64,000 bases of DNA from Candidatus Binatia bacterium (GTDB taxonomy: Bacteria; Desulfobacterota; Binatia; UBA9968; JAJDTQ01). The translations under genes and the position numbers were made by a program. How positions within the stretch are numbered: position 1 is the first letter of the stretch; each line of letters begins with the position of its first letter. The notes beneath the pieces are model-generated. The model did not search any database, had not been told where the DNA came from, and was given only the letters and a program-made list of their open reading frames with translations. The DNA lies in assembly GCA_963664535.1 (NCBI GenBank), contig OY761465.1, positions 2,063,879 to 2,127,878 of the forward strand. Reading direction: 5' to 3'. Positions 38,236-50,992 of this stretch are shown in pieces.

Positions 38236-39015
38236 ATGTCGGGGGGGATTCGAGTGCCGGTGATACGGTCGAGCCCGGCCATCGTGCTGCGATCCTGGGC
38301 CTACGGCGAGTCGGACAAGATCGTTTCTTTCCTTACGCGGGATTACGGCAAGATCAGGGGCATCGCCAAGGGAGCCAAGCGGTCCCGCAAACGATTCCTG
38401 AACGTTCTGGAGCCCTTCACGCTGGTCCAGGTGCGTTTTCATCAGCGATCCAACAGCCCGCTGGCGTTCGTCCACGCCTGCGACTGGGTGTACGTGTTCC
38501 GGCGGATAACCAGAACCCTGGCCAAGATCGCGCACGCCTCCTATCTCGTGGAAATCACCGATGAGCTGACACGGGACGGCGACGACAGCCTGTCGCTCTT
38601 CGACCACCTGCGGGACGGGTTGCGGTTCCTGGAGGAGAACGAGGCGTCGACGGAGTTCCTCACCGCGTTCGAGTTGACGCTGCTGCGGCTTGCCGGGTTC
38701 CAGCCCACCCTGGAGCATTGCCAGCGCTGCGGCGCCCGGCCCTCGCCCGGCAACGGCCGGTGGGAGTTCAGTCCGCGCGACGGCGGCGTCCTGTGCCGCG
38801 GCTGCGGCGGCCTCCGCCGGGAATCGGTGCCCCTGTCCACCGAGGCGTTGGGCATCCTGGCGCACTTCCAGCGCCACGGCTGGATGCACGGGGAAACGCC
38901 GGTATTCTCGCCGCCGGCGCTCCGGGAGACCCGCGCGGTGGTCCCCTTGTTTATCCAGTACCAGATTAGTAAGAAGCTGAAGTCCGCGGCCTTCCTGGAT
39001 GGTTCGTTTCACTAG
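38236..39015 (+). CDS. recO: DNA repair protein RecO
   Basis: AIVLRS..YGESDKIV..LT...GKI..IAKGA..S..RF...LEPF; Zn finger C..C...C..C; start uncertain. Confidence 0.93.
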   Translation: MSGGIRVPVIRSSPAIVLRSWAYGESDKIVSFLTRDYGKIRGIAKGAKRSRKRFLNVLEPFTLVQVRFHQRSNSPLAFVHACDWVYVFRRITRTLAKIAHASYLVEITDELTRDGDDSLSLFDHLRDGLRFLEENEASTEFLTAFELTLLRLAGFQPTLEHCQRCGARPSPGNGRWEFSPRDGGVLCRGCGGLRRESVPLSTEALGILAHFQRHGWMHGETPVFSPPALRETRAVVPLFIQYQISKKLKSAAFLDGSFH

Positions 39016-39099
39016 AGGCCTCCATTTGGACGTTACAGGCCATCAGGTCCCGGCGGGCTCCGTTCCGGCAGACAACACCACGGGAGAGCCAGAGTACCC

Positions 39100-40421
39100 A
39101 TGAACGAGCACGCGACGATGGAAAAGGTCGTCAACCTTTGCAAGCGGAGAGGGTTCATCTTTCCGTCCAGCGAGATTTACGGAGGAATAGGCAGCACCTG
39201 GGACTACGGGCCCGTGGGCGTGGAGCTCAAGCGCAACGTCAAGGAGGCGTGGTGGAAGGCGGTGGTGACCGGCCGCAACGACACCGTGGGCCTGGACGCC
39301 TCGATCCTGATGCACCCGCGGGTGTGGGAGGCGTCGGGACACGTCGCCGGCTTCTCCGATCCGCTGGTGGAGTGCAAGGCGTGCCACCACCGTTTCCGCG
39401 AGGATTTCCTGGAGGAAGAGGGCAAATGCCCGGACTGCGGCGGCGAGGTCACGGAGGCGCGGCAGTTCAACCTGATGTTCAAGACCTTCATGGGGCCGGT
39501 GGAGGATACCGCCAGCACGGTTTTCCTCCGGCCGGAGACGGCCCAGGGCATCTTCGTCAACTTCGCCAACGTGCTGGACACCGCGCGCCAGAAGATCCCC
39601 TTCGGCATCGCGCAGATCGGCAAGAGCTTCCGGAACGAGATCACCCCCGGCAACTTCATCTTCCGCACCCGCGAGTTCGAGCAGATGGAGATCGAGTACT
39701 TCGTCAAGCCCGGGGAAGATGAGGAGGCCTTCCAATCCTGGCAGGAAGCGCGTCTCCAATGGTACGTGGACAACGGCGTCCGCGCCGGGAACCTCCGCAT
39801 CCGCCCCCACGGCAGCGACGAGCTGGCCCACTACGCCAAGGCCTGCGTGGACGTGGAGTACGAGTTCCCGTTCGGCTGGTCCGAGCTCGAAGGCATCGCC
39901 AACCGCGGCGATTTCGACCTGAAGCAGCACATGGAGTACAGCGGCAAGGACCTGACCTACTTCGACGAGGCCACCCGCGGCCGTTACATCCCCTACGTCA
40001 TCGAGCCCTCCGCCGGCGTGGACCGGCCCTTGCTGGCGTTCCTGGTGGACGCGTACGACGAGGAGGAGGTGGAGGGCGACCGGCGGATCGTGCTGCGCCT
40101 CGACCCGCGCCTGGCGCCGTTCAAGGCGGGCGTCTACCCGCTGCTCCGGAAGGAAGGACAGCCGGAGCGGGCCCAGGAGATCCGCGACATCCTGAAGGAG
40201 CATTTCCCGGTGGTCTACGACCAGGCCGGCTCCATCGGCCGGCGCTACCGGCGGCAGGACGAGATCGGCACTCCCTTCGGCATCACCGTGGACCACGAGA
40301 CCATGAAGGACCGGACGGTGACGTTGCGCGACCGGGACGCCATGACCCAGGTGAGGATTCCGGTGGACCGGCTGGTGGACGAGATCCGGCGTCGCATGGA
40401 CCCGCGCACGAGGGACCGTTG

Positions 40422-40422
<1 letters not shown>
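39100..40422 (+). CDS. glyQS: Glycine--tRNA ligase, homodimeric alpha2 type
   Basis: [63 protein letters not shown]. Confidence 0.96.
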
Positions 40423-43142
<2,720 letters not shown>

Positions 43143-43220
43143 CCTCCGGACCGTTTTTCCGCACGTTCCCCTACAGTTTTCGGCCGCCCGGCCGATCAAG
43201 AACTTCAGGAGACAAGTCCT

Positions 43221-44927
43221 ATGGAACTCTCTCTTGGAGAATCGATGGTAGGGGCCGGCGTCGTCACGCGTGAGCAGCTCGACCGGGCCGCGGCTGCCCG
43301 AGGGCGCACCGGCGCCAACCTGGTGGCGGCCCTGGTGGAGGACGGCGCCGCGGACGAGGGCCGGGTCATGGCGTTCGTCGCCGAGCGGTTCGGGCTGGAA
43401 GAGACGGAGCTGACCCCGTCGGACGTCGAGGCCGCGGCCGGCGGCCTGCTGCCCCTGCCGCTCTTGCGGAAACGCGGAATGCTCCCGCTCGCCCGTTCGG
43501 GGTCGGTGCTGGACGTGGCCATGAGCGACCCCACGGACCTGGCCGCCATCGACGAGATCCGGTTCATGACCGGGCACGACGTGAGGACCGTGCTGGCGCG
43601 CCCCTCCGCCATCCGGAGCATCCTGGAGGATCGTCCCCGTACCGTGGGTCACGACGCCTCCTTGCGTGACACGGCGCATGGAGAACGGACGAGCGCGCGC
43701 CGCCCCTCGGCCTCGACGCAGCCCGCCACGGACACGCCGGTGGTGGCGCTGGTGGATTCGCTTCTGAAGGACGCGGTGGCGCGCGGCGCCAGCGACGTCC
43801 ACGTCGAGCCCTGTGAGGAGGGCGTGCGCATCCGCTTCAGGATCGACGGCGTGCTGCAGGAAGTCATGACCCCGCCGCGCGAGATGAAGCTGGCGTTGAC
43901 CTCCCGCGTCAAGGTGCTGGCCGGCCTCGATATCGCCGAGCATCGCCTGCCCCAGGACGGACGCCTCAAGCTGGCCGCCGCCGGGGGCGAAGTGGACGTG
44001 CGGGTGTCCGTGCTGCCCACCCGGTTCGGGGAGAAGGTGGTGCTCCGGTTGCTGCACCGGTCCGATCTCGTCACCAGCCTCGACGGGCTCGGGCTGGAAG
44101 CCCGCGACCGGCGGCTCTTCACCGAGGCCATGAGCAAGCCCGCCGGCATGATCCTGCTCACCGGGCCCACCGGAAGCGGCAAGTCCACCACCCTCTACGG
44201 CATGCTGTCGGAGCTCAACCACCCCGGGGTGAACATCTCCACGGCGGAGGATCCGGTGGAGTACCATCTCGCGGGCGTCAACCAGGTCCAGACCCACGGC
44301 GAGATCGGGCTCACCTTCGCCGCCTGTCTGCGGGCGTTCCTGCGTCAGGATCCCGACATCCTCATGGTGGGCGAGATCCGCGACGCCGAGACCGCCCGCA
44401 TCGCCGTCAATGCCGCGTTGACGGGCCATCTCGTGCTGACCACGCTCCATACCAACGACGCGCCTTCCAGCGTCCACCGCCTGAAGGACATGGGAGTGGA
44501 GCCCTACCTCATCGCCTCCGCCATCACCATGATAGCGGCCCAGCGCCTGCTGCGACGGGTTTGCGACGGGTGCAAGGTGGAAGCGGCGCCGCGCGCCGGC
44601 ATCCTCACCCGGATCGAAGCGGTGCGCGACGTGGAGGCATCCCACGGGCCGGGCTGTGCCGAGTGCCACCACACGGGCTACCGGGGGCGGGTGGCCGTCT
44701 ACGAGGTCATGACCCTGTGCGACGACCTTCGAAAGTTGATCCTCCAGGGCGGCTCCGCCGCGGACCTGAAACGCGCGGCCATCCGCCAGGGCATGCGGAC
44801 CCTGCGTCAGGCCGCCGTCCGGAAGGTCCGTCAGGGGGTCACCACCCTCGAGGAGGCGCTGCGGGTGACGGAGCCGGACCCCTCGGACACCCGCGCGGCG
44901 TCCCCCGCGGCTTCCACGTCCGGGTGA
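43221..44927 (+). CDS. pilB: Type IV pilus assembly ATPase (PilB/GspE)
   Basis: MshEN-like N-terminus, ASDVH.EP, LPQDGR, GPTGSGKSTT, LRQDPD..MVGEIRD, TGHLVLTTLHTND. Confidence 0.93.
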   Translation: MELSLGESMVGAGVVTREQLDRAAAARGRTGANLVAALVEDGAADEGRVMAFVAERFGLEETELTPSDVEAAAGGLLPLPLLRKRGMLPLARSGSVLDVAMSDPTDLAAIDEIRFMTGHDVRTVLARPSAIRSILEDRPRTVGHDASLRDTAHGERTSARRPSASTQPATDTPVVALVDSLLKDAVARGASDVHVEPCEEGVRIRFRIDGVLQEVMTPPREMKLALTSRVKVLAGLDIAEHRLPQDGRLKLAAAGGEVDVRVSVLPTRFGEKVVLRLLHRSDLVTSLDGLGLEARDRRLFTEAMSKPAGMILLTGPTGSGKSTTLYGMLSELNHPGVNISTAEDPVEYHLAGVNQVQTHGEIGLTFAACLRAFLRQDPDILMVGEIRDAETARIAVNAALTGHLVLTTLHTNDAPSSVHRLKDMGVEPYLIASAITMIAAQRLLRRVCDGCKVEAAPRAGILTRIEAVRDVEASHGPGCAECHHTGYRGRVAVYEVMTLCDDLRKLILQGGSAADLKRAAIRQGMRTLRQAAVRKVRQGVTTLEEALRVTEPDPSDTRAASPAASTSG

Positions 44928-44931
44928 TTAT

Positions 44932-46152
44932 ATGGCGCGGTACCGGTGGCAGGGCAGGAACCGGGAGGGAAGACTCCTTCGGGGCGAAATGGAAGCGGCG
45001 GACAGCGCGGCGGTGACGGCCGAACTCCGCCGCCGCCGGATCCGCCCGTTGCCGTCCGGCATCCGGGAGAAGGGCGCCGGACTGACGCGTGAGATCCACG
45101 TCCCCGGATTCAACCCCAGGGTCAACGCCGACGACATCGTCATGCTCACGAGGAACTTCGGGGTGATGATCGAGGCCGGCGTGCCCATCGTCGAGTGTCT
45201 CGCGGTGCTCGCCGACCAGACCGGAAACGGAGTGGTGAAGAAGGCCCTTCAGGCCGTGCGGCTCGACGTCTCCAACGGGATGACGTTGACGGCGGCCATG
45301 GCCAGGCACCCCAGGCTGTTCGACACCCTGTTCGTCCGCATGGTGTCCGCCGGCGAGCACGGCGGCGTCCTGCCGGAGGTCCTCGCCCGTCTGGCGCTGT
45401 TCATCGAGCGGTCCGCGCGGCTCAAGCGCAAGGTCCGGACGGCCATGGTCTATCCCGCCACCGTCGTGGCGGTGGCCGCGGTGGTCGTGGCCGTGCTGCT
45501 CCTCCACGTGATCCCGGTGTTCGCGGAAGTCTACCGGGGCATGGGACAGACCCTTCCCCCCCTGACGGAGTGGACCATCGCCTTGAGCCGCGGCCTGTAC
45601 GACTATTTTCCGGCCCTTCTCGGCGGCTCCGCGGTCCTTGCGGTTGCGGCCCATGCCGCCTGGCGCACCGAACGCGGGCGCAGAGGGCTCCACGGATGGC
45701 TGCTGAAGGTTCCGCTGTTCGGGGAACTCGCGCGCAAGGCCGCCATCGCGCGTTTCAGCCACAACACCGGACTGCTGCTCCGGTCCGGCGTGACCCTGCT
45801 GGACAGTCTGACCGTCACCGCGGGGACCACCGGGAACAAGGTCCTGGAGCGCGCGATCCTGGAGACACGGGACGGGCTGGAGAAAGGGATGACCCTGGCC
45901 GACCTGCTGGCGGCCAGCGGCCTGTTTCCGCCGCTGGTCTGCCACATGGTCGCCGTGGGGGAGAACATCGGCGCTCTGGACGCGATGCTCAACCGGGTCT
46001 CCGCCTTCTACGAGGAGGAGGTGGACCGCGCGGCGGTCCGGCTGACCACCCTGATGGAACCGGTGCTGATGATCGTCCTGGGCGTGGTGCTCGGCGGCAT
46101 CGTCACCTCCATGTACCTGCCGATCTTCCAGATCGGCGGCATGGTGCAATAA
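44932..46152 (+). CDS. pilC: Type IV pilus platform protein (PilC/GspF)
   Basis: Two T2SSF domains; AGEHGG.L..VL, K.KVRTAMVYP, GE..G.LD.ML, EP....LG..LG.I...MYLPIF. Confidence 0.93.
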   Translation: MARYRWQGRNREGRLLRGEMEAADSAAVTAELRRRRIRPLPSGIREKGAGLTREIHVPGFNPRVNADDIVMLTRNFGVMIEAGVPIVECLAVLADQTGNGVVKKALQAVRLDVSNGMTLTAAMARHPRLFDTLFVRMVSAGEHGGVLPEVLARLALFIERSARLKRKVRTAMVYPATVVAVAAVVVAVLLLHVIPVFAEVYRGMGQTLPPLTEWTIALSRGLYDYFPALLGGSAVLAVAAHAAWRTERGRRGLHGWLLKVPLFGELARKAAIARFSHNTGLLLRSGVTLLDSLTVTAGTTGNKVLERAILETRDGLEKGMTLADLLAASGLFPPLVCHMVAVGENIGALDAMLNRVSAFYEEEVDRAAVRLTTLMEPVLMIVLGVVLGGIVTSMYLPIFQIGGMVQ

Positions 46153-46163
46153 GGAGATTCGAG

Positions 46164-46628
46164 ATGAACATGGATGGATGCGCCAGGGGTCTGGAGGGCC
46201 GCGTTCGCGGACGGATCGAGGACGCCGCCGGGATGGGCGGTCGCCGCCGGGACCGGGCGGCCGGGTTCACGCTGATCGAACTGCTGGTGGTGATCACCAT
46301 CATCGGCATCCTCGCCGCCATCGCGATTCCCCAGTTCGGCACCTACCGGCGCAAGGGCTACGACGCCGATGCCCAGGCCAACGTGAGGAACATGGCCCTG
46401 GCCCAGGAGGCCTACTTCATGGACAACAACACCTACACGGCGACCCTGAGCGACCTTACGGCCTTCGGCTACACCCAAAGCGCCAACATCACCCCGGCCA
46501 TCACCACCGGCAACGCCTCCACGTTCGTGATCACCGCCACGGTCGCCAGCGGCTGCGGCACTGGCACGGGGGTCGCCACCTACGACCGCGCCGCCGGCAA
46601 TGTCACCCTGGTAAAGTGCGCGCCGTAG
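46164..46628 (+). CDS. pilA: Type IVa pilin, Geobacter PilA-like N-terminus
   Basis: AAGGAG RBS; G|FTLIELLVVITIIGILAAIAIPQF cleavage site, mature chain 120 aa from 46266; two Cys. Confidence 0.92.
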   Translation: MNMDGCARGLEGRVRGRIEDAAGMGGRRRDRAAGFTLIELLVVITIIGILAAIAIPQFGTYRRKGYDADAQANVRNMALAQEAYFMDNNTYTATLSDLTAFGYTQSANITPAITTGNASTFVITATVASGCGTGTGVATYDRAAGNVTLVKCAP

Positions 46629-46685
46629 GCGCCGGTGTGGAGGCCACTCTCAGGTGAAGGGCGCCCAACTTGAACGTCGGTTCAG

Positions 46686-47556
46686 TCAGTGCCGTATCGT
46701 GAACACGCACCGTACCGCCCTGTTCACGGCCATTTCGGCCATCCTCGACAGCACGTGTCCGTCGAGTCCAGGTTGCATGAGTGCGTTGGCGACTCCGTCG
46801 GCTCGGGTCTTCACGGCTTCGCCGATCTCGGTGACCCGGCGGCGGACCAGCGGCAGGCCGAGTGTTGCCTCGGCGGCAAACACCGCCCAGGCCCGTGCGT
46901 CCATTTCCTCCAGCGTCGATCATCCTCCTGTCTTCATGGCCATCCCCTTTGAGAGTTCAGGGTAGGCGACCGTGGCCAACAGGTCGTAGAGCGGCGCCAA
47001 GCGCGGGCCGTCTTCGTCGTACAGGATCGAATAGTTCTTGCCGTGGGCGTCGGCGTTGCCGGCGACGAGATTGAAGATCACCGCGTCGAGGAGCTTCAGG
47101 ACGTCCACGGCGGGCCGCAGCGACACCCGGCGCAGCAGCGCGAAACAGTTCGTGAGGGTCGGTCCGCCTTCGCCCGAGTACTTCCGTTCCGGGTTGATGG
47201 CCAACGCCTGGCAGAAATCTTCCTGATGGATGCGGTGTATGCAACCGTCGGAGCCGGTTGCGCGATCATAGCGCGAGACAAGCAGAAACTTGCGGTCCCG
47301 GACCGCGCGGAGTTCCACCGAGGCCACATCCAGCCCGGCTGCGGCCGCGAGACGCATGACGGAGGCCGGCGAAGAACGGACGGCATTCGCGGCGCGAAAA
47401 CGGCTCCACGCGCTTGGGCAACGAGGCCGACAGGGCAGGAGCGTCTTCGCTTTGAAACCAGTCGGGCGAATAGACGAACCCGAGTTCGCCGTGGCGGTCC
47501 TGGGTGAGCCGGCCCACGAGCCGCCGGTCCCACCATAGGTCGAGCGAGGGACTCAC
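46686..47556 (-). pseudogene. hipA: HipA-family kinase toxin pseudogene
   Basis: GTG start; N-terminal L.LWWD...VG.L...ALS.SLP...PFFAGL joined out of frame to ..MRLA...R.HQEDFCQAL..GNADAHGKNYS..LAPLYD; in-frame TGA at 46920-46922 followed by a further 77 sense codons. Confidence 0.85.
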
Positions 47557-47795
47557 GGGCCCTGCTCTCCCTTGGGTGCGGGCGGCGGCACGATGTCGAA
47601 CGAGCATCCCAGCGCCTGCAGCACCTGAAGCGCCTTGCCGATCTGTGCGGTGGGTTTCCCCGCCTCAAGATCGACGATGAAGCGCACTCCGACCCCGGCG
47701 GCGCCCGCGAGCTCGTACTGGCGCAGTCCCGCGGCCTTGCGGGCGTCGCGCACGATATCACCGACCTCGGCAGGGGTTAGAGTTCGCGCCGGCAT
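47553..47795 (-). CDS. hipB: HipB/Y4mF-type XRE antitoxin
   Basis: VR.ARK..GL.Q.ELA..AGVGVRFIVDLEAGKPT.QIGK.L.VL; GTGA overlap with hipA. Confidence 0.9.
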   Translation of the reverse strand: MPARTLTPAEVGDIVRDARKAAGLRQYELAGAAGVGVRFIVDLEAGKPTAQIGKALQVLQALGCSFDIVPPPAPKGEQGP

Positions 47796-47799
47796 GGGT

Positions 47800-47863
47800 T
47801 TACCGGACGGGAATTTTACACTAATGTCGGAGGTGCTGCAAGTGTAATTTTACCGATCGGGAA
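47800..47863 (-). promoter_or_regulatory. hipBA promoter flanked by two operator-like repeats
   Basis: Minus strand TTGCAG-N17-TAAAAT; TTACCG-NN-CGGGAA at 47800-47813 and 47850-47863. Confidence 0.7.
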
Positions 47864-47919
47864 TCCAGCAGATCGAAGTGGCGACGGAAAGGGCAGGATT
47901 TCCCGATCGCGCCTGCCGC

Positions 47920-48168
47920 CTACTCCGGCGTCGCTTCCGATTCGGGCTCGGATACGGGCGCGGGTGTCGGGAGGGGCTCCTTGTCTTCCTTGATGAAGTC
48001 GAAGAGCAGGCGCGGGACGGCGTTGCAGCTTATGCAGCGAGGAGTTTCCGGCTGCTTGCCGTCCGGGTAGATCATGTTCTTGAGGTAGAAGGGCTTTTCG
48101 GTGCCGACGTAACCGTCGTAGTAGAACGCCAGCTTGCCGCACTCACTGCATTGAAGGTACTTCGCCAT
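47920..48168 (-). CDS. Small Zn-ribbon/rubredoxin-like protein (82 aa)
   Basis: MAKYLQCSECG...RCISCN; acidic Pro/Glu tail; follows the dioxygenase gene. Confidence 0.6.
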   Translation of the reverse strand: MAKYLQCSECGKLAFYYDGYVGTEKPFYLKNMIYPDGKQPETPRCISCNAVPRLLFDFIKEDKEPLPTPAPVSEPESEATPE

Positions 48169-48209
48169 TTCCGGTCTTTCCGCGTTCCGGGTGCCGTTGC
48201 CTCGAAGCC

Positions 48210-49286
48210 CTATGCTTCGAAGCTCCCCGTGATCTCCTGGTGGCCGTCTCCCTCTGTATAGCTTTCCTCGCGATAGAGGCCAAGGGCCTTCATCACCGGC
48301 GTGTCGTGTATGGCGAACAGGATGGACTCGCCGTCGGTGTCGTTGGCGTGCTCGTGCCAGGCCCAGGGCGGCACCACGAAGAAGTCTCCTTCCTCCCATT
48401 CGAACCGCTGGCCGTCGATGACCGAGTAGCCTTTTCCGGCGAAGGCCAGGTAGACCGAGCTCTGCACCTGCCGGTGGGCCTGCGTGCGGACCCCGGGCCG
48501 CACCCTCTGGATGGTGCAGCTCATGGTGGTCAGCACCGGCCCGCCCGTGCTCGGGTTCAGGTACTCGAAGCAGACGTCGTCGTGGGGGCTGGCCGGCCCC
48601 TCGCCAATGCGCTGGAGCGCGTCGTAGGTGGGCTCCCACTTGAAGTTGAGCAGCGGCGAGCGGTCCTCCGGCGGCTTCTCCCAGGTGGGGCGGAGGTGCG
48701 TCACGCCGAACTTCCGCTCCGACTCGTTGACGTCGGCGATGGGAAACCGGTGGTCCGGATACATCTCGAAGAAGGTGGCGTCCAGGTCCCCCACCAGCGG
48801 CAGGTCCAAACCGTCCATCCAGATCATGGGCTCGTCGGACTCGCAGCCGTGGTCGTGCCAGTCCCAGCTCGGCGTGAGCACCAGGTCGCCCCGGCTCATG
48901 ACGCACTTGTCGCCGTTCAGGTTGGTGTAGGTGCGGTCTCCCTCGATGATGAATCGGATGGCGGAAGGGGAATGGCGGTGGCAGGGGGCGATCTCTCCCG
49001 GCTTGACGATCTGCACCGCGGCCCAGAGCGTCCGGGTGGCCGCGTGCTTGCCGCCCAGCCCCGGGTTCGCCAGCCCCAGCACCCGCCGCTCGCCGCCCCG
49101 CTCGATGGGCACCAGGTCGCCGGCCCGGTGCGCCAGCCGGCGCAGGTCCGCCCAACGCCACAGGTGGGCCTTCACCGGGGACCGCGGCTCCGCGGGCAGG
49201 GCGTCCTGGGTGATGTTCCACAGCGGCACCAGGTGCTTCTCGTCCACTTCCCGGTAGAATGCGTCGGTTTCCGTGTTGGTGCTCAT
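48210..49286 (-). CDS. Gentisate 1,2-dioxygenase-family bicupin
   Basis: ERRVL.L.NPGL, HRHSPSAIRF, TPSWDWHDHG, WMDGLD.PL, VPPWAWHEH. Confidence 0.88.
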   Translation of the reverse strand: MSTNTETDAFYREVDEKHLVPLWNITQDALPAEPRSPVKAHLWRWADLRRLAHRAGDLVPIERGGERRVLGLANPGLGGKHAATRTLWAAVQIVKPGEIAPCHRHSPSAIRFIIEGDRTYTNLNGDKCVMSRGDLVLTPSWDWHDHGCESDEPMIWMDGLDLPLVGDLDATFFEMYPDHRFPIADVNESERKFGVTHLRPTWEKPPEDRSPLLNFKWEPTYDALQRIGEGPASPHDDVCFEYLNPSTGGPVLTTMSCTIQRVRPGVRTQAHRQVQSSVYLAFAGKGYSVIDGQRFEWEEGDFFVVPPWAWHEHANDTDGESILFAIHDTPVMKALGLYREESYTEGDGHQEITGSFEA

Positions 49287-49344
49287 GGGATACCTCCCGC
49301 CGTCGAATCACGGGTACGGGCGCGGGCGGGTTTCAAACCCGCCC

Positions 49345-50796
49345 CTACGCCGAGCCCTGCAGCGACAGCTTCAGCCCCGGTTTGCCGATGTACACGTGGT
49401 TGGCCTTGTGCCCGCGCAGGTTTTGCAGCAGGCCGAGCACGCCGTTGCCCGTGTAGGGCGTCGCCGGGCCGGCGGCGCGCATGGCGTTGAACTCGTCCCT
49501 GGTGACGAGCCAGCGCAGCAGCAGGTCGTCGTCCGAGAGCCCGGGCTCGAAGCTTTTGCGGATCTCGGCGATGGACGGCTGCGGCGGCTCCCATTTCGCC
49601 AGCTCCCGGGCCCGGGGCCGGTCCAGGATCCTGTCCTTGACTTCCGGGTTCATCAGCCGGCTGCCCTCCTCGCCCCAAAGCCCCAGGGCGTAGAGGATGC
49701 TCTGGTCGGTGACCTGGGCGTAGCGCTCGCCGACGATGACGTTGATGGCCGCCTGGCTTCCCACGAACTGCGACAGCGGCGTCACCATGATGGGATAGGC
49801 GAACTCCTCGCGCACCCGGCCGCACTCCTCCAGGGCCTCCTGGAACTTGTGCCCCAGGCCCACCTTCTCCAGTTGGTGGCGCAGGTTGGAATACATCCCG
49901 CCGGGCACCTGGTGGAGGTACTGTCCGTAGTCGTATTCCACGGGCTCTCCGGGGGGCAGCCCTTCCTGCCCGGCGATGCGGTTGAAGTGCTCGGATACGA
50001 CCCGCATCGACTCTTCGTCCACCGCGGTGGCATGGCCCAGCGCCCGGGCGTTGGCCGCCACGTTGAACAGCGACGGGTTGGACGAGCCGTTGGCCAGCGG
50101 CGGGACGGCGGTGTTCACGATGGTGATGCCCAGCTTGATGGCCTCCACGCAGCACAGCGGCCCGAGCCCGGTGGTGCAATGGGTGTGGAACTCCACCGGG
50201 ATCCCGTTGGCGTTCTCCAGCACCAGCGGCACCAGCTTGCGGACCCGGTCCGGGGTGATCAGCCCGCCGGGGTCCTTCAGGCAGATGCGCGAGACGTCGA
50301 GGGTGGCCGCCTGGCGCGCCCGCTCCGCGTAGTACTCGTCGGTATGCTTGGGCGATACCGAGTAGATGAGGTTGAGGATCGGCTCGAGCCCGGCGTCGAT
50401 GACCGTCTGCACCTTCTGCTTCCACCCCGCCGGATCGTTCCATTCGTCGGATATCCGGGCCTGGCTCATGCCGTTCTCGCGCATGCGCCGCAGGTAGAGC
50501 GCGTACAGCGAGTACGGAGTCACCTCGAAGGCGTTGAACCGTCCGGAGGTCATCCGAAGCGGGGTGTCGGGCATCCTTTCCTTCACCAGACGGATGCGCT
50601 CGAAGGGGTCCTCCTTGAGGTCCCGGACGCACTTCTTGAGGAAGATGCTGGACATCAGCTCAAGGGCGTCGAAACCCGCCCGGCCCATCCGCTCGGCGAT
50701 GGGGAGCATCATGCCGGTGCGCATGCGCGTAGCCCAAAGGCTCATCTGCCCGTCCCGCAACGTCGTGTCCACGAAGTGAATCTCGCTCATGGGCAC
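49345..50796 (-). CDS. Carboxyltransferase (pyruvate carboxylase B / oxaloacetate decarboxylase alpha family), no biotin-carrier domain
   Basis: DTTLRDG.MSLWATRM, CLKDPGG, HTHCTTG, HQVPGGM.SNL, YPIMVTPLSQFVG; no MKM motif. Confidence 0.88.
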   Translation of the reverse strand: MPMSEIHFVDTTLRDGQMSLWATRMRTGMMLPIAERMGRAGFDALELMSSIFLKKCVRDLKEDPFERIRLVKERMPDTPLRMTSGRFNAFEVTPYSLYALYLRRMRENGMSQARISDEWNDPAGWKQKVQTVIDAGLEPILNLIYSVSPKHTDEYYAERARQAATLDVSRICLKDPGGLITPDRVRKLVPLVLENANGIPVEFHTHCTTGLGPLCCVEAIKLGITIVNTAVPPLANGSSNPSLFNVAANARALGHATAVDEESMRVVSEHFNRIAGQEGLPPGEPVEYDYGQYLHQVPGGMYSNLRHQLEKVGLGHKFQEALEECGRVREEFAYPIMVTPLSQFVGSQAAINVIVGERYAQVTDQSILYALGLWGEEGSRLMNPEVKDRILDRPRARELAKWEPPQPSIAEIRKSFEPGLSDDDLLLRWLVTRDEFNAMRAAGPATPYTGNGVLGLLQNLRGHKANHVYIGKPGLKLSLQGSA

Positions 50797-50992
50797 AACC
50801 CTAGCACAAATGGGGACGGGAGTGGGATTCCCGCACCGCGCGGTCCATCACGGACGAGGGTGAACATTTGACCCAGAGCCGGCGACGTTCTATTCAGTTC
50901 GCATGCCCTGCATGAGCGAATTTCTCGAACGACACGGTTATTTCTAGATCCACAACAACACCCGCCGCCCAGGCGGCACAAGGAGGCATCCC

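Noticed and set aside
47878-47919. AATCCTGCCCTTTCCGTCGCCA on the minus strand resembles a tRNA 3' end or att site
   Set aside because: No TTCGA T-loop and no upstream cloverleaf; better explained as a GGCAGG/CCTGCC hairpin after the Zn-ribbon gene.
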